52,104 bases of DNA, from contig CANQGC010000001.1 in the NCBI GenBank assembly GCA_947600345.1, positions 1-52,104 on the forward strand. Direction: 5' to 3'. The notes beneath the pieces were generated by a model, which ran no database searches, was not told the origin of the DNA, and saw only the letters and a list, made by a program, of their open reading frames with translations. Below are positions 27,344 through 37,786 of this stretch, piece by piece (within the stretch, counting starts at the first letter, position 1; each line of letters starts with the position of its first letter). The DNA is from an uncultured Clostridia bacterium. Lineage in GTDB: Bacteria; Bacillota; Clostridia; Christensenellales; Aristaeellaceae. The position numbers and the translations under genes are program-made.

Positions 27344-27850
27344 TCAGCCCTCCAGATTCTTCAGTACACTCACCGCGGCGTCGCAGTAGAGCGCGGCGGG
27401 ATTCTCCACCGGAAGTGCGCCCACGATGGGCTCCGCGACGGATTTCCCCTCGCGATTGAGAAACAGCGTGGTCGGAAAGCCGGTCACCTGTGCCGCGATT
27501 TGATTGTAGAGGTTGTCGTCCGCGACCAGCGTCTGGAAGTTGGCGTTGGATTCGCGCAGTATGTCCTGGGCCAGGCTTCTCTGATCGGCGGCGTCCGTGC
27601 AGATGGTGATGAAGTTTACGTTCTCCGGGAGCATCTTGATGAGCTCGTCGAAGCAGCGCATCTCCTGGATGCAGTAGGGGCACCAGGTGGCCCAGATGTT
27701 GACCAGCGTGAGGTCGTAGTCCGCGAATATGTCCAGCGTGGCGGCGTGCCCCTCCATATCGGTGGTGGAGAAGGCGGTCAGCCCCTGCTCCGCCAGCGCG
27801 GATGTGCAGAGCGTCAGAAGAATCAGCAGCAGGCAGACGAGCTTGCGCAT
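27344..27850 (-). CDS. TlpA/ResA-like secreted thiol-disulfide oxidoreductase
   Basis: GGGAGGAA RBS then signal peptide MRKLVCLLLILLTLCTSALA. Thioredoxin active site WATWCPYC. Confidence 0.85.
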   Translation of the reverse strand: MRKLVCLLLILLTLCTSALAEQGLTAFSTTDMEGHAATLDIFADYDLTLVNIWATWCPYCIQEMRCFDELIKMLPENVNFITICTDAADQRSLAQDILRESNANFQTLVADDNLYNQIAAQVTGFPTTLFLNREGKSVAEPIVGALPVENPAALYCDAAVSVLKNLEG

Positions 27851-28098
27851 GGAAGCATTCCTCCCTTTGAAGCGGAAATCGTAAGATAGAATTCGCTGTG
27901 GCGGTGCGGATTCCCTGCCGGCGCCCGGCGCGGAATCAAAGCTTTTTTCTGAAAACCATCCTCCCTGCGCGGCGCCGCCTTTGGGCATTTGCACAGAGAT
28001 GGGTTTAGAGTTTGCGGCGAAGTGGGAAGCAGCTCGGGAGCGTCACGATTTGTTGCCATCGCTGCCCTTCGCAGGTCATGTATTTCAAATTTTCGTGC

Positions 28099-28127
28099 TT
28101 GAAAGCGCGGAAATCTTCTGATATACT
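28099..28127 (+). promoter_or_regulatory. sigma-A type promoter with extended -10
   Basis: TTGAAA, 17-nt spacer containing TGa, TATACT (28122-28127). Confidence 0.6.
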
Positions 28128-28167
28128 AGAGCATGGAAACAGATATACTGTCAGGAGTCTGCAAGCT

Positions 28168-29562
28168 ATGCCCAATCGAAAGAAGAGAGCGCGCAGGAGG
28201 CAGGGCGGATTCGGCGTGATGCTGCCCACGCTGATCGGCCTGTTCGCCGCGGTGGCGGTCGCGCTGGTAATATTGTTGGTCCGAAGCGATCCGCTCGCGC
28301 CGGATCCCATAGAGGAGAGCCTTCCCTACCGCTACGATAGTCCCATCAACTTTGGAGAAGATGTCGCCTCCCTGCCGCTGGTGGTGGGTTCCACCGTGGA
28401 ACCGGAGCCCACGCCCGTACCGACGGAGGAAATGCCAGAGGTGGTGGACGTTCTCAACCTGTGGGGGGAGTCCGCATCGGATGCCAACGCGGCGGCCGGC
28501 GCGGAAGGAGCGGGCGAAGCGGGTGAGGCGACGCCCAAGCCTACGGAGGATCCGGTGCTCTATGCCAAGAGGCTCGCGCCCACGCCCATGCCCTTTAACT
28601 ACTTCCTTCCGATCTATGACCGCGCGCTGCGCACGCCGAACGATCGCCCGATGATCGCCATCACCGTGGACGACTGCGACAAGATTGAGACGCTGACGGA
28701 GCTGGTGCAGATTGCCGACCGCTACAACGCAAAGCTGACGCTCTTCCCCACGGGAGACGCGATGATGAAGAATCCGGACGTCTTCCGTATGATCTACCGG
28801 CAGTTCGGCTGCGAGCTGGAAAACTTCACCTACGACGCGAACAGGCTGGACTATACGCTCTCGGACGGCGAGCTGGCGCTGCAGTTGTGGCGCCAGGGCA
28901 TCGCCATGAGCTACGTGTTGAACGGCGACTACCAGCAGCACTTCTACCGCCCCCAGATGAAGCAGAGCAGCGTCGACCAGCGCACGCACTTCTTCCTGCA
29001 CAAGCTGAACCTCTTCGGCGTGGCCAGCTACACCTACAGCTACATGTACCACAACGTGGAATCGTTGACGAAGACGCTGGCGAACGGAAATATCTATCAG
29101 TTCGACATGAGCAAGGAATCCGTGGCGGTGTTTGAGGGCTTCCTCTCCGAGGCCAACCGCAAGGGATACAAGATGGTGACGATGAACGAGCTGTTCGGCC
29201 TGGAGAGCAACATACTGAGCAGAGAGCTGACCATCGACAAGCAGGAATTGCCCGGAGTCGACGATTACGTGCCCAGCTACTACGATCTGAAGCTCTACAA
29301 CCGCGCCAACGCCGTGTACAACATACAGGACCGCCTGCTGGAGCTGGGTTATCTGGTGGAGGTGCTGGGCGATCAGAAGTCCGACGGCATCTACGGCGCG
29401 GACACCAGTGTCGCCGTGAGCAAGTTCCAGGCGAACATCGGCCACGCTGCCACGGGCGACGCGGATGTGGAGACCCAGGAGAAGCTCTTCGCGGACAACG
29501 CCCCCACGATGGCGCCGGAGCCCGAACCCACGCTGTTGGTGGAGGGACCGCTGCCCTCGTAG
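28168..29562 (+). CDS. polysaccharide deacetylase (NodB domain) with C-terminal peptidoglycan-binding domain
   Basis: AGGAG RBS then MPNRKKRARRRQGG plus a TM anchor. NodB-like IAITVDDCD. PG_binding_1-like C-terminus (IQDRLLELGY...DGIYGADTSVAVSKFQ). Confidence 0.8.
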   Translation: MPNRKKRARRRQGGFGVMLPTLIGLFAAVAVALVILLVRSDPLAPDPIEESLPYRYDSPINFGEDVASLPLVVGSTVEPEPTPVPTEEMPEVVDVLNLWGESASDANAAAGAEGAGEAGEATPKPTEDPVLYAKRLAPTPMPFNYFLPIYDRALRTPNDRPMIAITVDDCDKIETLTELVQIADRYNAKLTLFPTGDAMMKNPDVFRMIYRQFGCELENFTYDANRLDYTLSDGELALQLWRQGIAMSYVLNGDYQQHFYRPQMKQSSVDQRTHFFLHKLNLFGVASYTYSYMYHNVESLTKTLANGNIYQFDMSKESVAVFEGFLSEANRKGYKMVTMNELFGLESNILSRELTIDKQELPGVDDYVPSYYDLKLYNRANAVYNIQDRLLELGYLVEVLGDQKSDGIYGADTSVAVSKFQANIGHAATGDADVETQEKLFADNAPTMAPEPEPTLLVEGPLPS

Positions 29563-29580
29563 GAGGAGCATATTGTCAAG

Positions 29581-29632
29581 GAGAATGCCCGGTCGGCAAA
29601 AGCGCCAGCCGGGCATTCTCTCTTTTCCTTTG
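29581..29632 (+). terminator. rho-independent terminator
   Basis: GAGAATGCCCGG-N16-CCGGGCATTCTC followed by TCTTTTCCTTT. Confidence 0.65.
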
Positions 29633-29636
29633 AAAT

Positions 29637-30704
29637 TCAGACGATGAGAAGCTCGCGGCCGAGCTGGTTCAGCGTCTCGCAGCCGTCCTCGGTGACGACC
29701 ACCAGATCCTCCACGCGCACGCCGAACTGTCCCGGCAGGTAGATGCCCGGCTCCACCGAGAAGCACATACCCGGCTTGGCGACGACGCGGCTGGTCTGGG
29801 AGTTGTCCGGCGGCTCGTGCTCGTCCAGGCCGATGCCGTGGCCGGTGCGGTGGAAGAAGTGCTCGCCGTAGCCCGCGTCCTCGATCACCTTGCGCGCGGC
29901 GCGGTCGAATTCGCACAGCTCCACGCCCGGGCGCACCGCGGCGCGTCCGGCCTCGTTGGCCCTGCGGCAGAGGTCGTAGACCTTCTTCTGCTCGTCGGTG
30001 GCGCAGCCGAGGAAGGCCGTTCGCGTCATGTCGCTGCAGTAGTGCCGGTGCAGTAGGCCCACGTCCAGTATGATGCTGTCGCCCTTTTTCAGGCGCGTCT
30101 CATCGTTGTCGTGGTGGGGCTCGGCGCAGTTCGGGCCGAAGCAGGAGATCGGCGTGAAGCTCGGCCCCTGACCGCCCACGGCCTTGGCATTCTTCAGGTA
30201 GCAGGCCTCGAGTTCCTTCTCCGTCATGCCCTCGACGATTTCTCCGAGCGTCCGTCGGGTCGCCTCGTCGTTCATCCAGGAGGCTTCGCGCATCAGCGCG
30301 ATCTCCTCCGCGTCCTTGCACATGCGGGCGTCGTCCACCGGCGCGGAGCCCAGCACCGGCGTGATGCCCGGTAGCGCCTCCATCAGGCGGATCGTGAAGT
30401 GGCTGGGCCAGGTCTTGTCGATGCCCAGCTTGCCCTTCTTCACCCGGGAAGCCAGCATCGGGATCGGGTCCTCCGTGTCGTCGTGCTCGATCAGATCCAC
30501 GTCGCCGCCGGTCTGCACGAACAGCTTGTTCGCGAACAGCGCGGTGTCGCCATTGGAATTCAGGTACAGCGCCAGCATGCGCTCGCCGGGGTTGATCCAG
30601 CGCCCGCTCAGGTAGTACACCGAGGGAGTGCTGGTCACCAGAATCTGATCCAGCCCCTGGGCGCGCATGTTTTCAATTACGCGCGCGATTCGGGATTTAT
30701 TCAT
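29637..30704 (-). CDS. M24-family Xaa-Pro aminopeptidase/dipeptidase
   Basis: Start MNKSRIARV, 9 nt after GAGGAGG. Metal ligand contexts DVG..., HRTGHGIGLDEHE, VEPGIY. Confidence 0.85.
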   Translation of the reverse strand: MNKSRIARVIENMRAQGLDQILVTSTPSVYYLSGRWINPGERMLALYLNSNGDTALFANKLFVQTGGDVDLIEHDDTEDPIPMLASRVKKGKLGIDKTWPSHFTIRLMEALPGITPVLGSAPVDDARMCKDAEEIALMREASWMNDEATRRTLGEIVEGMTEKELEACYLKNAKAVGGQGPSFTPISCFGPNCAEPHHDNDETRLKKGDSIILDVGLLHRHYCSDMTRTAFLGCATDEQKKVYDLCRRANEAGRAAVRPGVELCEFDRAARKVIEDAGYGEHFFHRTGHGIGLDEHEPPDNSQTSRVVAKPGMCFSVEPGIYLPGQFGVRVEDLVVVTEDGCETLNQLGRELLIV

Positions 30705-31164
30705 GCTCATCATCCTCCTCTTCAAATCTTTCCAGAAGCACGCCGCCCTCGCGGAGCATCTCCCGGGAGAAATCGTCCGGATAGCCGTGCCTGTACACCA
30801 CGCGCTTGATGCCGGAGTTGACGATCATCTTCGCGCAGATCACGCAGGGCTGGTGGGTGCAGTAGAGCGTCGCGCCGTCGATGGACGAGCCCAGCTTCGC
30901 CGCCTGGATGATGGCGTTCTGCTCCGCGTGGATGGCGTAGCAGGTTTCCGCGTGGGTGCCCGAGGCGATGCCCCGCTTCTCGCGCAGGCACTCCCCCCGC
31001 TCCACGCAGGTCCTGATGCCCGCCGGAGCGCCGTTGTAGCCCGTGGTCACGATGCGCTTGTTCTTCACGATCACCGCGCCGATCTTTCGATCCGGCTTAT
31101 AGCAGCTCGCCCAGCCCGCGATCACGCCCGCGAGCTCCATGAAGCGCGCGTCCCACTTGTCCAT
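30697..31164 (-). CDS. dCMP deaminase (ComEB-type cytidine/deoxycytidylate deaminase)
   Basis: Start MDKWDARFMELA after GGGAGGTG. Zinc motifs HAEQNAI and PCVICAKMI. Confidence 0.85.
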   Translation of the reverse strand: MDKWDARFMELAGVIAGWASCYKPDRKIGAVIVKNKRIVTTGYNGAPAGIRTCVERGECLREKRGIASGTHAETCYAIHAEQNAIIQAAKLGSSIDGATLYCTHQPCVICAKMIVNSGIKRVVYRHGYPDDFSREMLREGGVLLERFEEEDDEHE

Positions 31165-31316
31165 ACGCACACCTCCCGTGCACAAACTTATCTGGAATAC
31201 CTCAATTATAGCGCATTTGGCCCATCTTGTCTCCAAAATCCAAAACTTAACAGAAATATAGGGGTTGAAACACTTGCTTTTTCCATAGAAACTGGTTAAA
31301 CTATCATCTGTAGGCG

Positions 31317-31343
31317 TTAGCACTCAGATTTTGAGAGTGCTAA
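31317..31343. promoter_or_regulatory. CIRCE operator (HrcA binding site)
   Basis: TTAGCACTC-N9-GAGTGCTAA, a perfect consensus 27 nt upstream of the groES start. Confidence 0.9.
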
Positions 31344-31351
31344 CAGCATGA

Positions 31352-31654
<303 letters not shown>

Positions 31655-31675
31655 TCAAATCATTGGAGGAAATGA

Positions 31676-33296
<1,621 letters not shown>

Positions 33297-33298
<2 letters not shown>

Positions 33299-33660
33299 GG
33301 CCGGCGGGGCCGGCAGCCATCTGCTGCCGCGCTGAGGCGACGGAAACCTGCCCCGTAGATTATGGGGCAGGTTTCCTGCGTCTCGTTTCTGATGAAAGCT
33401 TTGTTCGAAGCACGAAATCCAGCCCGTAGATCATGGGCTGGATTTCTTTGTTTTGGCGAACGGGGCATGGGTTCGCAGGCGGCAGCAGAAGGGAGAATCC
33501 AAGGAACCTCAGGTTCCTTGGTAGGAATTCTCAAGGGACAAAGTCCCTTGAGCAGGTCTGGGCAGCGCCTAGCATAACCCCAGCGGCCCGCGCCAAATCT
33601 ATGCCCGGCAATTCGTACAATGGCGTCATCGTTCCATACCGCGGGCCGCCACTAACTCGC
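33297..33660 (+). repeat. extragenic multi-hairpin element, copy 2 (modules A+B)
   Basis: Small hairpin GGCCGGC-GGG-GCCGGC. Closing stem 33320-33330/33479-33489 around hairpins at 33342-33376 and 33414-33446. Then palindromes CCAAGGAACC-TCA-GGTTCCTTGG, CTCAAGGGAC-AAA-GTCCCTTGAG and GGCCCGCG...CGCGGGCC. Confidence 0.85.
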
Positions 33661-33782
33661 AGGGTCCGGGGCGGCAGCCCCGCCGAAGCGCAGCGGAGGC
33701 GTAACCCCAAACCGATCGCTCCATTGCCTCCATATCACGGGCTGTAGCGGATTCTCCTCCTCACGCAGTGCCCGCCGCCAAT

Positions 33783-34823
33783 CTATACCTTCCGCAAGAA
33801 GGCTCCCTTTAGATTGATGGCGACCGCCGCGAGGGCGAGGATTGCGTTTAGATGCCAGGGATAGGCCACCGGCAGGACAGCGGCGATGATCAGCGCGGTG
33901 CCGGTGTAGAGGCGCGCGCCTGGCGCGCAGAAGATGGCTGCGGCACAGAGGAGCGCCAGTGTGGATGCCTGGGCGAAGGGCTGCGCGGCGGGGAGCCAGG
34001 TAGCGGTGACGGCAGGAATCGCGGCGAAGGCGATCAGCAGCAGGTTCAGCGGGCGGGACTCGTCCGGGGTTCTCCGGGCCGTCGTGCGAGCCAGGCGCCA
34101 GGGGATCAGGCCGAACAGGAGCGCGGGGATCACCGCGTCCAGCCTTGTGCCGTCGCCGTTGGACGGCAGCAGGGCTGCGGCAACCGATGCTGTCGGATAC
34201 AGCAGCGTCTGGACGCAGGCGCGGGGTGAGAAGCGAAGGTTCCACAGCGGCGAAAGGCCATGGGCGGGCTCGATCAGGTAGTTCGCGGCGACGGAGATTC
34301 CCGCGCCCAGCGCCGCCGCGCCGGTGAGGCACAGGCCCACGCCCTCGGTTCGCCCCGCGTCCAGCAGCGCGCCCGCGAGCAGCAGACCGTTGCTCACGCA
34401 GCTCAGCGCGACGCCGTCCACCCGCCTGCCGAGTGCAAACATACGTTCTTCAAACAGATGTTCGATAGAGATGAGGCTTGCGGCAATCGCGGCGCCCTTC
34501 ACGTATGCGAACAGCAGCGCCGCATGGTCCGTGCCGTCCGTATTCGACGGGCGAAACAGCAGCACCGCCGCCATCGCGACGGCGATTCCAACTGCGAGCG
34601 GGATCAGCGCTCCCGCGAAGCGCCGGTCCACCCTGCGCACGCCGGGTTCGCATGCCGCCGCGTTGCGGAAGCTGTCCGCGGCGCACAGGCTGGCGAGCTG
34701 GATCAGGAAGTACAGCGGAAACATCAGCAGCATAAAGTCCCGGATTTCGCTTCCGGCAAGCGCGCCCGCGAGCCCGACGATGGGAAACAGCGCCGCCGTG
34801 GGGCGCATCAGTCGTTGCTTCAT
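33783..34823 (-). CDS. hypothetical polytopic membrane protein
   Basis: 346 aa, about 10 hydrophobic helices, last gene of a minus-strand operon. No family recognised. Confidence 0.6.
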   Translation of the reverse strand: MKQRLMRPTAALFPIVGLAGALAGSEIRDFMLLMFPLYFLIQLASLCAADSFRNAAACEPGVRRVDRRFAGALIPLAVGIAVAMAAVLLFRPSNTDGTDHAALLFAYVKGAAIAASLISIEHLFEERMFALGRRVDGVALSCVSNGLLLAGALLDAGRTEGVGLCLTGAAALGAGISVAANYLIEPAHGLSPLWNLRFSPRACVQTLLYPTASVAAALLPSNGDGTRLDAVIPALLFGLIPWRLARTTARRTPDESRPLNLLLIAFAAIPAVTATWLPAAQPFAQASTLALLCAAAIFCAPGARLYTGTALIIAAVLPVAYPWHLNAILALAAVAINLKGAFLRKV

Positions 34824-34832
34824 GAATTCCTC

Positions 34833-35642
34833 CTAGTCGAAGCCGCTGCGCACCGCGAAGAGGCCGGTCACGCCGTCGCGGCTGGCGATATCCAGGCGCA
34901 CGTCCTCGCCGGGAATCACTCCCCCGGCCCGCAGCGCGTCCTCGGTGCAGCGCCGCGCCAGCTCGGGGAAGTTGTTCTCCTTGCTCAGGTGACCGAGGAT
35001 GATGTGCTTCGCCCCGGCCTTCACCAGCTCCAGCGCGCAGCTTCCGGCGTCCTCGTTGCACAGGTGTCCCTTCGTGGAGAGGATGCGCCGCTTGAGCTCG
35101 TAGGGGTAGCTTCCGGCCTTCAGCATGTCCGGATCGTAGTTGGATTCCAGCAGCACGGCATCCGCGCCGCGCACGGCGTTCATCCAGCCCTTCTTCGGGC
35201 AGCCTACGTCCGTGGCGATGGCGAAGCGCGCGCCGCCGCACTCGAAGCACAGGCCCACCGGCTCATTGGCGTCGTGGGGCGTGGCGAAGGGCGTCACGTT
35301 CAGCGCGCCCAGGTAGAAGTCCTCTCCCGGTTCCATCTCGCAGCGCAGCTGCGCATCCACCGCGCCGATCTTGCCCTCCATGCCCGCCCAGGTGCCCGCC
35401 GTGGCGTAGACGGGCAGGCGGTACTTGCGGGAGAGCACGCCCACGCCGCTGGTGTGGTCGCTGTGCTCGTGGGTCACCAGGATTGCCGTCAGCTGGGTTG
35501 GCTCGATGCCGATCTTGCCCAGCTCGTTGGCGATGCGCGTGCCGGAGAGTCCGGCGTCCACCAGTATGTGGGTGCTTCCGCAGCCCACGTAGATTGCGTT
35601 TCCGCTCGAGCCGCTAAACAGCGGTGAGAAGCGAAGTTCCAT
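34833..35642 (-). CDS. MBL-fold metallo-hydrolase (YycJ/WalJ-like)
   Basis: HEHSDH motif. 269 aa. Its RBS AAAGGAGAA is embedded in the end of the upstream gene. Confidence 0.85.
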   Translation of the reverse strand: MELRFSPLFSGSSGNAIYVGCGSTHILVDAGLSGTRIANELGKIGIEPTQLTAILVTHEHSDHTSGVGVLSRKYRLPVYATAGTWAGMEGKIGAVDAQLRCEMEPGEDFYLGALNVTPFATPHDANEPVGLCFECGGARFAIATDVGCPKKGWMNAVRGADAVLLESNYDPDMLKAGSYPYELKRRILSTKGHLCNEDAGSCALELVKAGAKHIILGHLSKENNFPELARRCTEDALRAGGVIPGEDVRLDIASRDGVTGLFAVRSGFD

Positions 35643-35649
35643 TCGTATT

Positions 35650-36546
35650 TCAGTTCTCCTTTCGCGGCAGCACGCCGGTCAGGTCAAATTTCGGTATGTA
35701 TTTCTCGTCCGAGGACGAGAGCTCCTGGATGAAGCCGTCCTCCAGGCCGATATCCATCAGGTGATCGGCCACGCGGTCGTATTCCTCCTGGGTGAGCCTG
35801 CGCCCGAGCTCGTCCACGCCCGCGGCGTCGCCGAAGGGCAGGTACTGGGCCATCAGGCTGACCCAGGCGCCGGGAAGCTCCTCCTTGATGAAGTCGAGGA
35901 TTCTGACCGACTCCTCCGCGCGGCCGGGCAGGATCAGGTGGCGGATGATCGTGCCGCGCACGATGATGCCATCCTCGTCCAGCACCACGGGCCCAGTCTG
36001 GCGCAGCATCTCCCGAAGGGCGGGCGCGGCGTAGTCGAAGTAGTCCGCCGCGCCGGAGTAGCGCCCGGCGGAGTCGGACTCGATGTACTTGAGATCCGGC
36101 AGATACACCTGAACCTTGCTCTCCATGGCGCGAAGCGTCTCCACCTTCTCGTAGCCGCCGCTGTTCCAGACCACCGGCACGGGCAGCGGCTCCGAGAGGG
36201 ACTTCCGAATGGCGAGGGCGAAGTGGGTGGGATTGACTAGGTTGATGTTGTGCACGCCCTGGCCGATCAGCTCGAAGTAGATCTCCCGCAGCCGCTCCAC
36301 GCTGACCTCCGCGCCCCAGCCTTCGTGGGACAGCGCGTAGTTCTGGCAGAAGCAGCACTGGAGGCTGCACCCGGAGAAGAACACCGCGCCCGAACCCCGG
36401 GTGCCGGAGATCACCGGCTCCTCGTCGTAATGGGGCGCGGCTCGGGCGATCCTGGGATTCGCGCCCATGCCGCAGTAGCCGCTGCCGGTGGCGCCGCGAA
36501 GCGCGCCGCAGTTGCGCGGACACAGCTTGCAGATGAATTCCTTCAT
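35650..36546 (-). CDS. radical SAM protein (PflX-like activase family)
   Basis: N-terminal CPRNC plus radical SAM cluster CSLQCCFCQNY. 298 aa. Confidence 0.8.
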   Translation of the reverse strand: MKEFICKLCPRNCGALRGATGSGYCGMGANPRIARAAPHYDEEPVISGTRGSGAVFFSGCSLQCCFCQNYALSHEGWGAEVSVERLREIYFELIGQGVHNINLVNPTHFALAIRKSLSEPLPVPVVWNSGGYEKVETLRAMESKVQVYLPDLKYIESDSAGRYSGAADYFDYAAPALREMLRQTGPVVLDEDGIIVRGTIIRHLILPGRAEESVRILDFIKEELPGAWVSLMAQYLPFGDAAGVDELGRRLTQEEYDRVADHLMDIGLEDGFIQELSSSDEKYIPKFDLTGVLPRKEN

Positions 36547-36588
36547 AATATATATACGCTCCTCCGGGAAGAATTGCGTTCCATAGCT

Positions 36589-36604
36589 GTTTCACGTGAA
36601 ACAT
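36589..36604. promoter_or_regulatory. parS (ParB/Spo0J binding site)
   Basis: TGTTTCACGTGAAACA, a perfect 16-bp palindrome matching the canonical TGTTNCACGTGAAACA. Confidence 0.85.
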
Positions 36605-36629
36605 CGACGGGCTTCGTCCGGGTTCGAAC

Positions 36630-36645
36630 TGTTTCACGTGAAACA
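36630..36645. promoter_or_regulatory. parS (ParB/Spo0J binding site)
   Basis: TGTTTCACGTGAAACA, 41 bp from the first copy. Confidence 0.85.
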
Positions 36646-36647
36646 AT

Positions 36648-37580
36648 TCAGCCTTCGACGCCCTGAAACTGCGGCCTGCGCAGCGTGATGAACCACACCT
36701 CACTGCGCGTGCCCAGGCGCAGCTTCACGCTCCTGCAGCCCAATCCCTGGCTCACCAGCGCGGGCAGGTCGTCGCCGTAGTACCAGCCCGCGATGCGGCG
36801 GGATTCCTCCTCGGTGAAGGATCGCAGCGTCCGGCCGAAGAGCTTGATCTGGCCGCCCAGCGTGTGGCCGGAGAGCACCAGGTCCGCCCATGCGCCGCCG
36901 CCCTGAGCCTCGGAGGTCCGGATGCGGGTGTAGGCGGTCGGGTTGTGCGCCAGCACGAGTATACAGTCCTTCGCGCGGAAGTTGCGGGCGATCTGGGCGT
37001 AGGGGGTGCTGTCCGCATCGGAGGCGCGAAGGCCGACGATGCCGATGCGCGCGCCGTCTCGCTCCACGGCCGCCGCGCCGTCCTCCAGCAGCCGTATACC
37101 GGCGAAGGAGAGGTCATTGGCGAGCGAAGCGGCGTCGTCCGCCTCGCCGAGAACGGCGAACTTGCCGAGCGGCGCCTGGAAGTTCACCAGCGCGCGCAGA
37201 AACTGCTTCGCACCCTCGCTGCCGCCGGCGGCGGAGCCGTTGAGGGTGTCGAGCATCGTGCCCGCGCTGTAATCCCCGCCCAGCAGTAGCACGTCCGGAC
37301 GCAGCGCCTCGAGCTTTTCCATTAGATGAACGCTGGCTCGGGCGTCGGCGTCGCTTCGGACGTTTACATCGGAGATGTAGAGCAGCGTGGTGCCATCGAA
37401 CTGCGCGGGCAGGTCCGGCAGGTAGACCTCCGCCGGGCACACGTGCACGAGGGCCGCGCTCGTGTACATCCAGCCGAAGAAGCCGCCGGGAATCAGCAGC
37501 GCAAGCAAAAGGGCGGGCAGTATGTGCCGCCGCCCGCGCGCTTTTGATCGTCTCTTTGCCGTCCGTCCGCCTCTCGCCAT
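36648..37580 (-). CDS. metallophosphoesterase (calcineurin-like, YkuE-like), membrane anchored
   Basis: Start MARGGRTAKRR after GGGGGAG; the track start MFHVKQ is a translation of parS. Has GGDY and GHTLGGQ motifs. Confidence 0.8.
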   Translation of the reverse strand: MARGGRTAKRRSKARGRRHILPALLLALLIPGGFFGWMYTSAALVHVCPAEVYLPDLPAQFDGTTLLYISDVNVRSDADARASVHLMEKLEALRPDVLLLGGDYSAGTMLDTLNGSAAGGSEGAKQFLRALVNFQAPLGKFAVLGEADDAASLANDLSFAGIRLLEDGAAAVERDGARIGIVGLRASDADSTPYAQIARNFRAKDCILVLAHNPTAYTRIRTSEAQGGGAWADLVLSGHTLGGQIKLFGRTLRSFTEEESRRIAGWYYGDDLPALVSQGLGCRSVKLRLGTRSEVWFITLRRPQFQGVEG

Positions 37581-37590
37581 GCGCTCCCCC

Positions 37591-37606
37591 TGTTTCACGT
37601 GAAACA
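37591..37606. promoter_or_regulatory. parS (ParB/Spo0J binding site)
   Basis: TGTTTCACGTGAAACA, immediately upstream of the metallophosphoesterase RBS. Confidence 0.85.
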
Positions 37607-37703
37607 ATTTTCGCGCACTTCAATCTTGAAAAAATTATGTTCGGAAAGTGAATCGCGCGCGCCAATTGTCAGCTTTTCTTCGAGTTTTCTTACACCATAG
37701 CTG

Positions 37704-37732
37704 TTGAATAGAAACATTACATCCATTATAAT
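37704..37732 (+). promoter_or_regulatory. sigma-A type promoter
   Basis: TTGAAT, 17-nt spacer, TATAAT (37727-37732). Confidence 0.65.
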
Positions 37733-37786
37733 AAGAATTGTATCACTATACAAGGGTTTTTATGAAAACTATGAACGGAGGACTCC

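Noticed and set aside
35684-36703. 339-aa minus-strand ORF containing two FHVKQ segments
   Set aside because: It is out of frame with the well-supported radical SAM gene. The FHVKQ segments are translations of the parS palindromes.
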